From positions 288,001 through 352,000 of the forward strand of contig CBDCCZ010000018.1 in the NCBI GenBank assembly GCA_965215005.1: a stretch of 64,000 nucleotides of DNA. The letters run 5' to 3'. The notes beneath the pieces were generated by a model, which saw only the letters and a list, made by a program, of their open reading frames with translations, was not told where the DNA came from and did no database searches. The position numbers and the translations under genes were made by a program. This document shows, one piece after another, positions 1 to 11,871 of the stretch (positions within the stretch are counted from its first letter, which is position 1; each line of letters opens with the position of its first letter). This DNA is from Kofleriaceae bacterium (GTDB taxonomy: Bacteria; Myxococcota_A; Polyangia; Haliangiales; Haliangiaceae).

Positions 1-576
1 GGCGGTGCGAAAGGTATCGCGTGGCACCAGGCTGGAAGCGGGCGAAACAAGATGAAGGGGGTTCGCGACCTGTTGGCCTGCGCCGAATTGGCGATACAGG
101 AAGGTCTCACCACCTCTGATATGATGGCCGTAGAAGGTGGGAGCATAGGTGGTCTGCTGGTCGGCTTGGCTGCGACGGAGTCTCCGGCGACTTTCGCAGT
201 AGTGGGCCTGGAGGGCGCACTCTTGAACCCCGCCCGCTATCTCGAGAGTCGGAACGGTGCGAACGCACAAGAGGAAATGGGAGCGACACCAGACACGGCA
301 GAAGGTCTTGCATTTCTCTTGTCAATCGACCCCTATCATCGGCTACGCGATAAAGAGCCCTATCCCCCGATGTTCTTCCGCATTCCGCTTCGGGATCAAC
401 GTGTGGAGCCTTGGAGCGCCGCAAAGTTCGCGGCCCGTTTGTTGGAACTCGTGGATCCGAAAGCCGTGTTCATCGTGACCGACGATGAGGCGCATGGAGG
501 AGCCAGCTCGATGGGTTCCTGGGCAGAGGCACTCGCGAGGAAGTGGGCGTTCTACTTGAGCGTCATCGAGAAATGA
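1..576 (+). CDS. Prolyl oligopeptidase (S9) family peptidase, C-terminal part, truncated by window start
   Basis: Frame open from base 1 (GGAKGIAWHQAG...K...DLLACAE); nucleophile motif GGSIGG, Asp in DQRV, His in EAHG. Confidence 0.85.
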   Translation, partial: GGAKGIAWHQAGSGRNKMKGVRDLLACAELAIQEGLTTSDMMAVEGGSIGGLLVGLAATESPATFAVVGLEGALLNPARYLESRNGANAQEEMGATPDTAEGLAFLLSIDPYHRLRDKEPYPPMFFRIPLRDQRVEPWSAAKFAARLLELVDPKAVFIVTDDEAHGGASSMGSWAEALARKWAFYLSVIEK

Positions 577-671
577 TGCCGCCGTCGCGCCGCTCGCACC
601 CCGTTACTACACTGCTAGCGTCAGGCCGACACGACGCAATTCGTGCCTCACGGGTACTACAAGTTGCGGGC

Positions 672-2288
672 TCAGCGGAGGGCTGGCAGGGTGACGCGGA
701 CTTTTGCGCCGCCCGCGGGTGCATCGCCGATGTCGATGCGGCCGCGGTGTTGCTCGACGATGTTCTTGACGATCGATAGGCCGAGGCCGGTGCCTTCGCC
801 GCCGATCTTGGTGCTGTAGAACGGCTCGAAGATCTTGTCGCGCTCGCAGGCGGCGATGCCGCTGCCATCGTCTTCCACCGTTAGCACCACCCATCCGTCC
901 TCTACCGTGGTGACGATTCTTACGCGTCCGGGGCCGCCAGTTTCTCGCGCCGCGTGGACGGCGTTGGTGACGAGGTTGACGACGACTTGGTCAAGCTGCC
1001 CCGGAACTGCGTGCAATGGCGGCAGTGGCTCCGCCAGACAGCACTCTAGCTGCACCGCCGAGCGCTCGAACAGGTGCTCGCAAAACGACATGGAGTGGCC
1101 CACGACCTGGTTGAGATCGATCACCTCGAGGTCGTCACCGGCGGGCTTGGCATACTGCACCAGGTCGCGGGCAAACGAGAGGATGCGCTGAGCACCGTCG
1201 GCAATCCGCCGCAGCTTCTCGATATCGCCAGAGTCAGCACGCGCCGCGTCGAACTTCTTGAGCAGATATTCGGCATAGACGCTGATCGAGGTGAGTGGAT
1301 TGTTCAGCTCGTGCGCGACCCCCGCCGCTAGCTGGCCGAGCGTGGCCAATTTTTCGGCCTGCACCACCTGGCGCTGCAACTCGCGCAGCTTGGTCTGATC
1401 ATGACCGACGGCAACCACCGCCTCGACGTGCTCGCGTCGCGCGATGGTCGCGATGCTCCACATGGTGCGAATCTGCTGGCCGTCCTTGCCCAAGAAGCTC
1501 AAGTCGATCGCCTCGGAGCCGCCGCCCTCGAGAGCCTGCACGAAGTGCTGGGAGATGCGAGCCCGCTCCTGCGGAGGTAGCCAATCCCGCAGATCGCGAC
1601 CCACGATTTCATCGTGCGCGTAGCCGGTGAGGCGGCACAATGCCTGATTACACACCGTGATGCGCCAATGGCGATCGACGCCGAGAATCAGCGCATTGGC
1701 GTGCTCGATGAGTGTTGCCTGGTAATCGCGCAACACCGAGGCCTCGCGGTGCAGCCGCTCATTGCGCAGCGCGACCGAGAGGTGATTGGCAATTGGCAAC
1801 AGGATCGGCTCGTCGGCCGTGGTGCCGTCGACTGCGGCGGAATAGCCGACGTCGAGCACCCCATAGAGCTCTCCAGAAGCCACGAGCGGTACGGTAAAGC
1901 CAAACGCGACGCTCACGAATGGCGACTCCCAGCGCTCGCCGAGCTTGAGCCGCGCGCTGTTGGCAATCGACGTTTTCAACCGAGTCTTCGAGATCGACGA
2001 CGGCGGCAACACCACCCGCTCCTGCAGCGCCGCCGGTCGCAGCGCACCGCCCCGCACGTAGCCGCGCGCCTGCTCGCTGGAACGCGGATCGAAGACTCGT
2101 ACGGCGATGGCGCGTTCGCAGAACAGCTGCGACATGATGTCGAGAAACAGCTCCACCACGGCCGCTTCATCCATCTCGAGATGAACCTCGCGACCCAGCT
2201 GCAAGACTCCCCCGAGCAGCTCGCTGCTGCTCGGGGTTGGCAGCTGGGAGCTAGCAGCCCGTCGCTGCTCGCTGCTGGCGTCTTTCAT
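672..2288 (-). CDS. GAF-PAS sensor histidine kinase
   Basis: GAF ([15 protein letters not shown]), PAS ([11 protein letters not shown]), H-box AHELNNPL, N-box [26 protein letters not shown]. Confidence 0.92.
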   Translation of the reverse strand: MKDASSEQRRAASSQLPTPSSSELLGGVLQLGREVHLEMDEAAVVELFLDIMSQLFCERAIAVRVFDPRSSEQARGYVRGGALRPAALQERVVLPPSSISKTRLKTSIANSARLKLGERWESPFVSVAFGFTVPLVASGELYGVLDVGYSAAVDGTTADEPILLPIANHLSVALRNERLHREASVLRDYQATLIEHANALILGVDRHWRITVCNQALCRLTGYAHDEIVGRDLRDWLPPQERARISQHFVQALEGGGSEAIDLSFLGKDGQQIRTMWSIATIARREHVEAVVAVGHDQTKLRELQRQVVQAEKLATLGQLAAGVAHELNNPLTSISVYAEYLLKKFDAARADSGDIEKLRRIADGAQRILSFARDLVQYAKPAGDDLEVIDLNQVVGHSMSFCEHLFERSAVQLECCLAEPLPPLHAVPGQLDQVVVNLVTNAVHAARETGGPGRVRIVTTVEDGWVVLTVEDDGSGIAACERDKIFEPFYSTKIGGEGTGLGLSIVKNIVEQHRGRIDIGDAPAGGAKVRVTLPALR

Positions 2289-4474
2289 TGGCCGTGCTCG
2301 CCCCTTGAAACGCGCACGTCGACCTCGGTGGCCGCCCGTTCCGACCTCTCTTCATCGGCGCCCAGCACCTCCCCGAGGTCGAGGTGATCGATGGTCGCAG
2401 CGCGCTGGTGATGCACGTGCTCGCCGGTGAGGTCATCGCCTTGAGAATCCTCCGCCGACTCCTCGACCAACGGCAGGACCAGCGACGGCGAGCTGTGGGC
2501 GGCGCTCTTGTCGAGGTCGAGGATGCTTGCGGAGCCGACGTACTGCTTCGTCTCGTACTTGGTGATGCGGCCGATCTTTTTGACGAGCTCCGCCATTCGC
2601 TCGGCCTCACGCATAATGATCTCGGTGGCGCGCAAGTGACGCGCATCCTTCTCGCTTTGCCGCTCGATGAGCTGGGTGTAGCCGATGATGGACGTAAGCG
2701 GCTGATTGAGCTCATGGGCCGCGGCGCCGGCGAGCTCCGCGACCAGCGCCTGCTTCTCGGATAGCTGAAGCTTCTCCTGCGCCTGCAAGAGCCGCTGCTC
2801 GATGCGGATGCGGTCGCGTAGGTCGCTAAAGATGCCAACGGTGGCGACCTCGTGATGGTCTTCGTAAATGATAGAGGCGGTCATATTCACCGGCACCAGC
2901 TCGCCGCTCTTCGAGCGAACTTCACGGCGAGTCTGCTCGAGGCGGCCAACGCCGCCGTAGGAGGTCGAGCGCAGCATGCGCATGATCTGCCGAGGAACGG
3001 CTTCCGGGTACAGGCTCCACACCGGCAGCTGGCCGATGACGGAGCTCGCGGTGTAGCCGAACAAGCGCTCGGCCCCCTGATTGAACAGAATCACGTTGCC
3101 GCGCAAATCGGCGGCGACGATGGCATCCACGGTGGAGTCGATGAGCCGCTCGAGAAACTCCTTGGTCTTGCGCAGCTCGACCTCCAGAGCCCGCTCCTGG
3201 GTGACGTCGCGGAACGACAAGATGACCGCGCCGCTGCGAGCGAGCACCGTCGAGGTGGTGACGGAGACGCAGATGGGTGCGCCGCTGGTGGTCGAGAGAT
3301 CGAGATCGAACGCCTCGATGTTCTGGCCTCCGAGAACGCTGGAGATGACCTCGGCGAGGGCATCTCGCTGATCTGCCGCCACCAGATCGAGCAACGAGGA
3401 GCCCATCAGGCCGTCGCGCGCAAAGCCGGTGATGTCTTCGGCGGTGCCGTTGACGAACAGGATGCGCCCCGCCTCATCGAGTACCACCACGCCATCGGCG
3501 GCGGCCTCGAAGTGCTCCTTGAGAGAGTCGATGGTGCGTAGCCGTCGAGTCGCTTCATAGCGCGCCCGAGACAGGCGGTGCGTCTGCTCGCGCAGACTCT
3601 CCATCACCTGGCCCTGACCGAGCTGCGCGGCGGTTTGCCGCGCGAACGCCGTGGCGAACTGCAGCCGCTCTTCGTCTAGATCGTGCAGGTCGCTCCGCGC
3701 CCGGCGCATATGCAGCGCTCCAAAGATGCGACCGTGCCAGGCCACCGGAAACACGGCGATGGCGCCGACGCCCTTGTAAGCCAGAATTCCGGCCACTTCC
3801 GCGGTGAGCGGATCGCTGCTCGCGTTGGCGATCAGCACCGGAGCAGCGCTCGCGAGCGCTGCTCCGAGCTCAGGATATTCCTCGAGAGCAATGGTGAAGC
3901 GAGTGAGGTGCGGCTCGTCGGTGGCAGCGATGATGTAGCCGTGCGGTGAATGTTCCGCGTGCGCAAACAGCGACACGCGATCGAAGTCGAGAACTTCGGC
4001 GGCGATGAGCAGCCGGTCGCGAAGCACGTCTGGCGCGTCGCCGCGGCTGGCAAGCGCGCCGGCGTTGAGCAACGCCTCGTGGTGAGTTTCGATGAGTCGG
4101 GCGCGGCGCCGCTGATCGAACCCGCGAATGAGTCCGCGTGCTCGCGCTCCGACGACCGCGGGATGCAATGGCAACAGCACGACGTCGTCGGCGCCCGCCG
4201 CGAGAACGGTTGCGACTGCGTCCGTTGGCACCGGCGCCACCGCGGCCAAGAGTGGCACGTCGGCAAGCGCAGGCGTGCCGCGAGCTTCGCCGCAGAGGGC
4301 GGCGACCTCATCGCCCACGATGATCACCAACGAGGGCAGCAGCGTCCCAGCCGCGAGCGCCAGCGATGAACGCGACACGACCGCATCGAGGCCCGCAGCG
4401 CAGATGATTGCCGCCGCCGACGCTCGGTCGTGCTCGTCACCGCCAACGAGTAGGATGTAAGACTGCGCGGTCAC
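2285..4474 (-). CDS. Pseudo-receiver-GAF-PAS-PAS-HisKA protein lacking the HATPase domain
   Basis: Degenerate REC at N-terminus, GAF, two PAS repeats, H-box AHELNQPL; no N/G1/F/G2 boxes before the stop; ATGA overlap with next kinase. Confidence 0.85.
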   Translation of the reverse strand: MTAQSYILLVGGDEHDRASAAAIICAAGLDAVVSRSSLALAAGTLLPSLVIIVGDEVAALCGEARGTPALADVPLLAAVAPVPTDAVATVLAAGADDVVLLPLHPAVVGARARGLIRGFDQRRRARLIETHHEALLNAGALASRGDAPDVLRDRLLIAAEVLDFDRVSLFAHAEHSPHGYIIAATDEPHLTRFTIALEEYPELGAALASAAPVLIANASSDPLTAEVAGILAYKGVGAIAVFPVAWHGRIFGALHMRRARSDLHDLDEERLQFATAFARQTAAQLGQGQVMESLREQTHRLSRARYEATRRLRTIDSLKEHFEAAADGVVVLDEAGRILFVNGTAEDITGFARDGLMGSSLLDLVAADQRDALAEVISSVLGGQNIEAFDLDLSTTSGAPICVSVTTSTVLARSGAVILSFRDVTQERALEVELRKTKEFLERLIDSTVDAIVAADLRGNVILFNQGAERLFGYTASSVIGQLPVWSLYPEAVPRQIMRMLRSTSYGGVGRLEQTRREVRSKSGELVPVNMTASIIYEDHHEVATVGIFSDLRDRIRIEQRLLQAQEKLQLSEKQALVAELAGAAAHELNQPLTSIIGYTQLIERQSEKDARHLRATEIIMREAERMAELVKKIGRITKYETKQYVGSASILDLDKSAAHSSPSLVLPLVEESAEDSQGDDLTGEHVHHQRAATIDHLDLGEVLGADEERSERAATEVDVRVSRGEHGQ

Positions 4475-4575
4475 GCCAGGTGCAGATTACCATGCACAAA
4501 TGTCGCGCGGCTTACAAAGCGTGAATCGTCTGTGTGGCTGGGAGGCCGGCTGACGGGGTCTTCTGGCGTGCACGC

Positions 4576-6030
4576 TCACGTAGCCAGGAGGGCCTCATGA
4601 GCCGCAACGGCGGCGGCATATACCTGTTTGAGCGGAACCGCGTTGGCCCGAGCGGCGGCACGACATGCTTCGTACTCCGGCGCAGCGTTGACGATGGTGG
4701 CGGCTAGGCGCGCGCGCTTGACCGCAATGCGGCCAAAGCGAGTTTCGACCTCGACGACCTCGCGCTCGAGGACGCGACGCTCCACGAGATCGAAGCGAAC
4801 GCCGATGCTGGTGGTCTCACGCAGCACGGCGGCGGTCGCTGCTTCGAGCCGCTCGACCGGCACGAGTGCAGAGAGCTGCCATGCCGGGCGCGACTTTTTC
4901 ATCGTGATGGAGGTCCACCAAACCTCGAGCGCTCCGGCGGAGAGCAGCTGCTCCTGCGCGTGCTCGCACAGCTCGGCGGGCATATCATCGATGTTGGCCT
5001 CGAGGCGATACAGCGCGCCGAACGCGGCAAACGGTGCTTCTGCGCCCGCGGCATTCGCTGAGCCGAGCTCGCTCGAGCCCGGCTGCGTTCGCGGACTCGA
5101 CACCACCCGTCCCACGGTGAGGCGCACGACGTTGGGACGATCCGCCAGCTCCAGGTCGCCGGCGCCGTAGCCGATCGCCAACGGCACCAGCGCCGGCATC
5201 GGCGCCCATTGCGTGACGGTTGCCGCGACGATGGCTGCACCGGTGGGGGTGCACAGCTCCTTGGCCACGCCGCCGCCCTCGATCACCGCGCCGGCCTCGC
5301 GCAAGATCTCGAGCGCCGCGGGAGAGGGCACCGGCATCCGGCCGTGGGCGCACCACACGGATCCGTGCCCCACCGCGACCGACGACGCGGTCACCGAGGC
5401 CGGCTCGAGCCACGCAAGCCCCGCCGCCACACCGACGATGTCGACAATGGAGTCGATGGCGCCGACCTCGTGAAACGTTACCTCCTGCACCGAGGTGCCA
5501 TGAAGCATCGCCTCCGCGCGCGCAACCCGCTCGAACATATCGAGCGCGCGAGCACGCACCGCTTCATCGAGCTCGGCGGTGACGAGACGGGCGCGAATAT
5601 CGGCCCAACGCGTGTGGCTATGGTCGTGCGCTCGTTCGTGCGCGTGATGCTCGTGCGCGTGATGCTCGTGCGCGTGATGCTCGTGCGCGTGATGCTCGTG
5701 CGCGTGATGCTCGTGCGCGTGATGCTCGTGCGCGTGATGCTCGTGCGCGTGATGCTCGTGCGCGTGATGCTCGTGCTCTACCCGGACCTTGACGTCGATC
5801 GCGGCCACGCCGCCCTTGAGCACCGCTGCCGCGCTGAGCCGATCTGGCTCGATTCCCATCGCCTCGACGGCCTCGCGCAGCACCGCCAGCGGCACACCGA
5901 GCGCCAACAACGCCCCCAGCGTCATATCGCCGGCGATACCGCTCACGCAGTCGAAATGCAGGTGCTGACCGCGCAGCTCTTCGCGCCGCCCCGGCGCCTC
6001 GCGGCTCGTTTCCATCACTGACGTTTCCAT
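4576..6030 (-). CDS. larC: Nickel-pincer cofactor nickel insertase LarC
   Basis: [12 protein letters not shown], His-rich insert, HFHEVG-like [45 protein letters not shown]; start taken at ATG 6030 overlapping larB stop. Confidence 0.93.
   Translation of the reverse strand: METSVMETSREAPGRREELRGQHLHFDCVSGIAGDMTLGALLALGVPLAVLREAVEAMGIEPDRLSAAAVLKGGVAAIDVKVRVEHEHHAHEHHAHEHHAHEHHAHEHHAHEHHAHEHHAHEHHAHEHHAHERAHDHSHTRWADIRARLVTAELDEAVRARALDMFERVARAEAMLHGTSVQEVTFHEVGAIDSIVDIVGVAAGLAWLEPASVTASSVAVGHGSVWCAHGRMPVPSPAALEILREAGAVIEGGGVAKELCTPTGAAIVAATVTQWAPMPALVPLAIGYGAGDLELADRPNVVRLTVGRVVSSPRTQPGSSELGSANAAGAEAPFAAFGALYRLEANIDDMPAELCEHAQEQLLSAGALEVWWTSITMKKSRPAWQLSALVPVERLEAATAAVLRETTSIGVRFDLVERRVLEREVVEVETRFGRIAVKRARLAATIVNAAPEYEACRAAARANAVPLKQVYAAAVAAHEALLAT
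5641..5775. repeat. Perfect 15-bp tandem repeat (cgcgtgatgctcgtg)x9 encoding (HEHHA)9 in LarC
   Basis: Nine identical units read directly; no spacers. Confidence 0.97.
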
Positions 6031-6036
6031 CACTGA
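6007..6036. repeat. 15-bp tandem duplication (cgtttccatcactga)x2 at larB/larC stop-start junction
   Basis: Copies at 6007-6021 and 6022-6036; gives [10 protein letters not shown] at LarC N-terminus. Confidence 0.9.
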
Positions 6037-6806
6037 CTCACCTTGCGCGCGATCAACGATGCGGCCACCGCCGCGCCAAATCCATTGTCGATGTTGACCA
6101 CCGTGACCCCCGCCGAGCACGACGACAACATCCCCAGCAACGCCGCCAAGCCGCCCAGGCCAACCCCATAGCCAACGCTCGTCGGCACCGCAATCACCGG
6201 CGCCTCGATAAGGCCTGCCACCACCGACGGCAACGCCCCCTCCATGCCTGCCACCACCACCGCGACCTCCGCCGCGCGCAGCCGCTCGGTCACCGCCACC
6301 ACCCGATGCAGTCCGGCAACCCCGACATCGACGTGGCGCTCGACTCGATGCCCGAGAAACGCTGCAGTAAGCGCCGCTTCCTCGGCCACCGGCAAATCAC
6401 TAGTGCCCGCGGCCACCACCGCCACCAACCCAGGGCGCACCACTGCCTCCTCGGCAGGCACCACCAGCGCTTGCGCGAGCGCCTCATACCGCGCCGCCGG
6501 CAGCTCCTGCCGCACCGCCGCCGCTTTGTCTGCGCTCACTCGAGTCGCGAGCGCCCCTCGGCCGCCATCTGCCAAGGCCCGCAGAATCGCCGCGATTTGC
6601 GCCGCCGTCTTCCACTGCCCAAGCACCACTTCTGGCACCCCCGCGCGCACCTCGCGGTGATGATCCACCACCGCCATGTCGCCGGGTTGGCGCGCTTCGG
6701 CAAGCCGCTCGAATGGCAGCTGTCGCAACTCCTCTACGGCATCATCAATCTCGACGCCGCCGGCGCGCACCCGCTGTAATAACTGCTGCAACCGCTCTCT
6801 CGTCAT
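6030..6806 (-). CDS. larB: Nickel-pincer cofactor biosynthesis carboxylase LarB (PurE-like)
   Basis: [65 protein letters not shown]. Confidence 0.96.
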   Translation of the reverse strand: MTRERLQQLLQRVRAGGVEIDDAVEELRQLPFERLAEARQPGDMAVVDHHREVRAGVPEVVLGQWKTAAQIAAILRALADGGRGALATRVSADKAAAVRQELPAARYEALAQALVVPAEEAVVRPGLVAVVAAGTSDLPVAEEAALTAAFLGHRVERHVDVGVAGLHRVVAVTERLRAAEVAVVVAGMEGALPSVVAGLIEAPVIAVPTSVGYGVGLGGLAALLGMLSSCSAGVTVVNIDNGFGAAVAASLIARKVSQ

Positions 6807-6832
6807 CGGCGGCAGTCATACCTCAAGGCGGC

Positions 6833-8083
6833 TCACTTGCGGCGGCGAATGATCTGCACCACCTCGACCGCGCGATCGGTGGCGGCGATCACCCGCACCG
6901 TCACCGCACCGATGACGAACGACTCCCCCGGCTCGGGAATTCGGCGAAATTGCTCCAGCACCAAGCCGGCCACGGTCTCATAGTCCTCGCTTTCAGGAAG
7001 CTCGATTCCCAGCTCCTCGCTCACTCGGTCGAGCGAGGTTCGGGCCTCCACACGCCACACCCCCGGCCGCTCCTGCCGCACCGGGGACGGACCGCGGTCG
7101 TATTCATCATCGATCTCGCCGACGATCTCCTCGAGGATGTCCTCGACGGTGACGATGCCGACCGCACCGCCATACTCGTCTACGACCACGGCGATGTGAT
7201 TGCCCGCCGCTTGCAGCTCGACCAGCAGATCGACCGCGGGCATGCTCTCAGGCACGAACATGCAAGGGCGCGCCACCTCGCCCACGGTCTTGTCACGCGC
7301 CGATGGCCCCGCTTGCAATAGATCGAATACGTGCACCATGCCGATGATGTCGTCGACGCGCGCGCGATACACCGGCATCCGCGAGTGCTGCTTGTCGCCC
7401 ACCTCGCCGGCGGCTTCGGCCAGCACCGTCTCTTGCGGCAGCGCGGTCACCTCCGAGAGCGGCACCATCACGTCGGCAACCGTGGCCGCCGACAGCTCGA
7501 GAACGCCGGCGATCATGTCGCGCTCTTCTTGCGTGATCTCCGAGCCCTCCGCCGCCTCGGCTTCGATGAGCAGCGCGAGCTCGTCGCGGGTGACGAAGGC
7601 GCGCTCGCCCTTGGTGCCAAGCAGCCGCGTCATCGCCCCTGCAAAGCCGCTCATCAGCCACACTGCCGGCCGCAGCAGCACCGAAGCAACGCGCAGCGGC
7701 ACGATGATATGGCTAACGATGCGATCGGCGTGCTGCTGAAACAGGGTCTTAGGCACCACCTCGCCAAAGATCAACGTCATCGGCGTCACCAGGGCGATTG
7801 CCAGCAACTCGCTCGAGCCGCTATCGCCGACCACCAGCGCCAGCGCCACGGTCACCGAAAAGGTCACTGTGGCGGTGTTGGTGCCCATGAGCGTGGTGGC
7901 CAGCAGCACCTCGGGGCGCTGCAAGAATCGCTCGGCCATCGCTGCACGGACATCGCCCTCCTCGGCACGCTGCCGCAGCCGTGCTCGGTTCACCGACACC
8001 AGCGCGATTTCCGAGCCTGAGAAGAACGCCTCGATGCAGACGCACACCAGCCCGACCAGCATCGCTACCGGCAGCGAGATCAT
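6833..8083 (-). CDS. CNNM/CBS/CorC-HlyC metal transporter family protein
   Basis: [20 protein letters not shown] pair (HSRMPVY; VVDEYGG...[13 protein letters not shown]), CorC domain (YETVAGLV). Confidence 0.92.
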   Translation of the reverse strand: MISLPVAMLVGLVCVCIEAFFSGSEIALVSVNRARLRQRAEEGDVRAAMAERFLQRPEVLLATTLMGTNTATVTFSVTVALALVVGDSGSSELLAIALVTPMTLIFGEVVPKTLFQQHADRIVSHIIVPLRVASVLLRPAVWLMSGFAGAMTRLLGTKGERAFVTRDELALLIEAEAAEGSEITQEERDMIAGVLELSAATVADVMVPLSEVTALPQETVLAEAAGEVGDKQHSRMPVYRARVDDIIGMVHVFDLLQAGPSARDKTVGEVARPCMFVPESMPAVDLLVELQAAGNHIAVVVDEYGGAVGIVTVEDILEEIVGEIDDEYDRGPSPVRQERPGVWRVEARTSLDRVSEELGIELPESEDYETVAGLVLEQFRRIPEPGESFVIGAVTVRVIAATDRAVEVVQIIRRRK

Positions 8084-9204
8084 CGCCGCTCCTTGCGAGG
8101 CCCGCGATCGCTGGCCAATGCGACGCGCACCACGCCGGAATCGCTTCGCACGCGAACCGCCGCGCGGCGGCCGGTTTTGAGCTGCTCGCGCTCATCGCGA
8201 ATCTCGCCAAACAGCTCTTCGAGCAAGTCTTCCATGGTGATCAAACCGATCAGCTTGCCGTACTCGTTGACGACCAGCGCCATGTGGATCTTGCGATTCT
8301 TGAAGATGCGAAACAGGCGCTCTAATGGGATGGTGCGCGGCACGAACAGCGGCTCATGCAAGAGCTGCGTGAGCGGCCGCGGCGCCGCCAACGCCGCCGC
8401 CTGCACTACCAGATCCTTGGCGTAGAGAATGCCGCGAATGTTGTCGAGCGACTTTTGATAGATGGGGACGCGCGAGTAGCCGCGTGTGGCTACCTCTTTG
8501 ACCAACCGCGTCAGTGGTAGCTCATAGGAGAGCGCAAAGATCTTGTCGCGCGGCTCCATGATGTCACCAACGGTCTTGTCGCCAAACTCGAAGACCTTGT
8601 GGATGAGGAGCTGCTCGCGAACGTCCACCGCGCCTTCCGCGCTGCCGGCATCGACCAAGGTACGGAACTCAGCTTCGCTCATCTGCTTGCTGACCCGCGA
8701 TGCAGTGCTGCTGCCAAACGGCCGCAGCGCCAGGCCCGCGATGAAGTGAACCACCACCCGCACCGGCAACACCAGCCAGCTCCACAGCCACAGCGGCCGA
8801 GCGGCAAACCGAACCCAGCCGAGCGAGGTCTTGATCGCGAGGCTCTTGGGGGTGATTTCGCCGAAGAACAAGAGCAGCGGCAGCGCCATGAACGTGGTGA
8901 GAAGGGCCAGCGTGAGCTCGCTGGTGCCGGGAAATAGCAGCGGCGTCATCGAGGCCATCACGGTGGAGACCGAGACGTTGACGACCTCGTTGCCGATGAG
9001 AACCGTGGCGATGAGCTGACGCGGCTTGCTCAGCAGGCGAGCGACCAGCGCATCGGCTTTGTTGGTCGCGCTCTTCATCTGCTCGCGGTCGACGCGGCGC
9101 AGCGAGAACATCGCCACCTCAGTGCCGGAGAAGAACCCCGATAGTAGCACCAGAGTCCCCAGAATGAGAAGATACGGGCCTATGTCGCCCAGCACGTCAC
9201 CCAT
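8080..9204 (-). CDS. CNNM/CBS domain protein without CorC domain
   Basis: [33 protein letters not shown]...[13 protein letters not shown]; start 9204 or 9234. Confidence 0.9.
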   Translation of the reverse strand: MGDVLGDIGPYLLILGTLVLLSGFFSGTEVAMFSLRRVDREQMKSATNKADALVARLLSKPRQLIATVLIGNEVVNVSVSTVMASMTPLLFPGTSELTLALLTTFMALPLLLFFGEITPKSLAIKTSLGWVRFAARPLWLWSWLVLPVRVVVHFIAGLALRPFGSSTASRVSKQMSEAEFRTLVDAGSAEGAVDVREQLLIHKVFEFGDKTVGDIMEPRDKIFALSYELPLTRLVKEVATRGYSRVPIYQKSLDNIRGILYAKDLVVQAAALAAPRPLTQLLHEPLFVPRTIPLERLFRIFKNRKIHMALVVNEYGKLIGLITMEDLLEELFGEIRDEREQLKTGRRAAVRVRSDSGVVRVALASDRGPRKERR

Positions 9205-10423
9205 CGCGCGACTCAGAGGAAGCAGCGAGCTCATCGGCGATTGTTGGTAGCGACACGATGAAAACGCTGCCGCTGCCGAGGGTGCTCTCGCACCATATCA
9301 TTCCGCCGTGGGCTTCGACGTAGCTCTTGGCCAGCGTAAGGCCTAGGCCGGTGCCGCCATACTCACGCGTCGATGAAGAGTCGACTTGGAAGAACGGCTC
9401 GAAGATGTGCGCCAGCTTCTCGGGGGAGATGCCGATGCCCGAATCGGAAACATACAACCGCAGCCCCAGCCGTGTGGCAACATCGGCACCTCGCCGCAGC
9501 GGCCCAACCTCCGCACGCACCTCGACCCGGCCACCCGCGGGGGTGAACTTGATGGCGTTGGCGAGCAGGTTCCACACCACCTGGCGGATCTTGCGCGCAT
9601 CCCCCAGCACGCGTGGCACCCGCGAGTGGACCACGCTCACCTCCACACCGCGCTTTTGCGCCTGGGGAGCAAACGTCGCCACAACGCTGTCAATGACCTC
9701 GCAGAGTCCTACGGGTGCCGGGCTGAGGTCGAGCTCGCCCGCCTCTAGAAGGGAAGCATCGAGAATGCCGGTGATGAGCTGCAGCAGCTGGTCAGCCTTG
9801 CCGAGGATGGTGCGCACGTAGTCGCGCTGCTCTTCGCCGAGCTCGCCAGCAAGCCCTTCGATGAGCATCTCGCTGTAGCCGATGACGCTCGTGAGCGGCG
9901 TCCGCAGCTCGTGCGACATGGTGGCCAGAAAGTTGGACTTGAGTCGATCGACTTCCTGCATACGCTCGACCGCGCGCTCGAGCCGCTCGTTCTTGGCGGT
10001 GAGCTCGGCGAACGAATCGGCCATCGCAGCGTCGTGAACCGTGCTGGTGAGATGGCGCGCGAGCGCCGCGTGGATGACGACGCCAAACACCCGCTCAAGC
10101 GCGTGAGCCACGGTTTGGAGCTGGGTCGCGACGCCCGGCCCCACCGCGATCCACGCCAGGCGTCTGCCGTCGACGAGGAGGGGCCGAAGCGCAAAGCCGC
10201 CGCCGCCAAGCTCTAGCGTCCCGCACACCAGCTCGGCAGTGAGCAGCTCCTGATGGCAGTCGCGCTCCTCACCAGTGGCGCAGAGCAATCGGCCGCTGCG
10301 ATCGATGAGCGAGACGCTGGTGGCGTGGAGCTCGGCAAAGCTTGCAGCCACGTCTTCGAGGTCGCGCGCGTTGACGAGCTCAATGAGCTCGACACGCCGG
10401 TCGAGCGCCGACGGGCGGTTCAC
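9197..10423 (-). CDS. Cytoplasmic sensor histidine kinase with short PocR-like N-terminus
   Basis: [40 protein letters not shown]-terminus resembles PocR sensor; start GTG 10423 or 10426. Confidence 0.88.
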   Translation of the reverse strand: MNRPSALDRRVELIELVNARDLEDVAASFAELHATSVSLIDRSGRLLCATGEERDCHQELLTAELVCGTLELGGGGFALRPLLVDGRRLAWIAVGPGVATQLQTVAHALERVFGVVIHAALARHLTSTVHDAAMADSFAELTAKNERLERAVERMQEVDRLKSNFLATMSHELRTPLTSVIGYSEMLIEGLAGELGEEQRDYVRTILGKADQLLQLITGILDASLLEAGELDLSPAPVGLCEVIDSVVATFAPQAQKRGVEVSVVHSRVPRVLGDARKIRQVVWNLLANAIKFTPAGGRVEVRAEVGPLRRGADVATRLGLRLYVSDSGIGISPEKLAHIFEPFFQVDSSSTREYGGTGLGLTLAKSYVEAHGGMIWCESTLGSGSVFIVSLPTIADELAASSESRDG

Positions 10424-10459
10424 CACGGCAGGATAGCATGCACCCGCAGGCGCACGCGC

Positions 10460-11128
10460 TCAGGCGCCCGGAGGCAGATGGATATCCAGGTGCTGTTGCA
10501 GGGCATCGAGAAACGTTTCCCGGCTCATCTTGAAGCTGCGCTCGAGCGGGACATGTTGGTTCACCGCATCCCAGGTGTGCGCAACCAGGCCGAAGAAGCA
10601 CTCGAGCACGCCTTCGCCGCGGAGCGCCGTGGCTAGATACACCGGCCGCTGCCCCCAGTCAAAGTTACTCAGCCCTTCCCCCTCGAGCACCGCAGGCAGA
10701 TCGCGTTTGTTGTACTGCACCACGATGGGCACCCGCGCCGGGTCGAGCCCGACGCGCTGCAGGTTGTCGAGCATGGAAGCGAACGACTCGCGATTCGCCT
10801 CGGCCTGCGCCGGATCGGAATCGGCGATGAACGCAATGCCATCGGCCCCTTGCAGCACCACGCGACGAGTTGCGGCATGCATCGGCTGCCCCGGAACCGT
10901 GTAGACCTTGAGGCGGAACGAGAGCCCCGAGGCCTCGAAGAACAGCGGCAACAAGTCGAAGAACAGCGTTCGGTCGTCGCGAGTCTCCAACGTGAGCAAA
11001 CGACCGCGGCCGCGCTCGTCGACCCGATCGTGGAGCTGTCGCAGGTTGGTGGTCTTACCCGACAGCGGCGGCCCGTAATAGACCAGCTTTAGGGTGAGCT
11101 CGCGCTCGTTGACATCGACGAAAGCCAC
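10460..11128 (-). CDS. sofG: MglA-family small Ras-like GTPase, SofG-like paralog with no adjacent mglB
   Basis: [51 protein letters not shown]; family is secure, sofG orthology is from recalled similarity. Confidence 0.75.
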   Translation of the reverse strand: MAFVDVNERELTLKLVYYGPPLSGKTTNLRQLHDRVDERGRGRLLTLETRDDRTLFFDLLPLFFEASGLSFRLKVYTVPGQPMHAATRRVVLQGADGIAFIADSDPAQAEANRESFASMLDNLQRVGLDPARVPIVVQYNKRDLPAVLEGEGLSNFDWGQRPVYLATALRGEGVLECFFGLVAHTWDAVNQHVPLERSFKMSRETFLDALQQHLDIHLPPGA

Positions 11129-11181
11129 GGAAATGAGAGACGAACGTACGCCTGCGATGGCCCGTGGATCAAGCACGCGAG

Positions 11182-11862
11182 CTACGGCAACTGCGCGGCT
11201 CGGCTGGAGCGTTCTTGGCTGGACTGGTGCTCGCCGTTTCCCTGCCCGAGCAGCATGTAGGTAGCGCCCGCGCCGCCGAGCACGACCAGCATGATGAGCA
11301 TGAGCAGCACGCCGCGGTACGGCTCTTTGTCGTTCGCGGCATCCTTGCTCGCGACCGCCCGCGACAGCAGCGCCGCCTCAGCCATCTTGGCGATGCGCGC
11401 AAGCCGCGCCTCGTCAGTTGCGTCGCCGCCGTGATCGCGAAGGCGAGCGCGATAGCGGCGAGCGGCGTCGCTGTAGGCGCTTTGGGCTGCGACTCGCTCG
11501 AGAAAGCGCTCGTGGGCACCGGCGTCGTGCCATGCGGCGAGGCAGGCGCGCCACGCTGCTTCGAGGCGCGGCTCGAGCGTGCGATGCGCGGCGTCCCACG
11601 CGGCGAAGCGATCCGCGGCCAACCCGCAGACGCGGCACGCCGAGGCCGGCGGTTGCTCGCTGCCGCACTTGGGACAGCTCATCGCTGCGTCGGCGGGCGG
11701 CGCTGAGGGTTGGTCGACCACCGCCTCGGCTGCCGTCGCAGCGCGGGTCTCGGCTACGTGGTAGCTGGCCGAGCAGGCCCCGCAGGTGACCTGAATGCCT
11801 GCGCCCACCACGCGAAAGCGAATGCCGACGATCTCCTTGCACTTTAGGCACTGGACTTTCAA
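11182..11862 (-). CDS. Hypothetical zinc-ribbon membrane protein
   Basis: Four CxxC motifs (CLKC, CGAC, CPKC, CRVC), C-terminal TM helix; fills gap between co-oriented genes. Confidence 0.75.
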   Translation of the reverse strand: MKVQCLKCKEIVGIRFRVVGAGIQVTCGACSASYHVAETRAATAAEAVVDQPSAPPADAAMSCPKCGSEQPPASACRVCGLAADRFAAWDAAHRTLEPRLEAAWRACLAAWHDAGAHERFLERVAAQSAYSDAARRYRARLRDHGGDATDEARLARIAKMAEAALLSRAVASKDAANDKEPYRGVLLMLIMLVVLGGAGATYMLLGQGNGEHQSSQERSSRAAQLP

Positions 11863-11871
11863 AGGCTCACC

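Noticed and set aside
5641..5775. Repeat array as CRISPR
   Set aside because: 15-bp units are contiguous with no spacers, lie in frame within larC, and no cas genes are present
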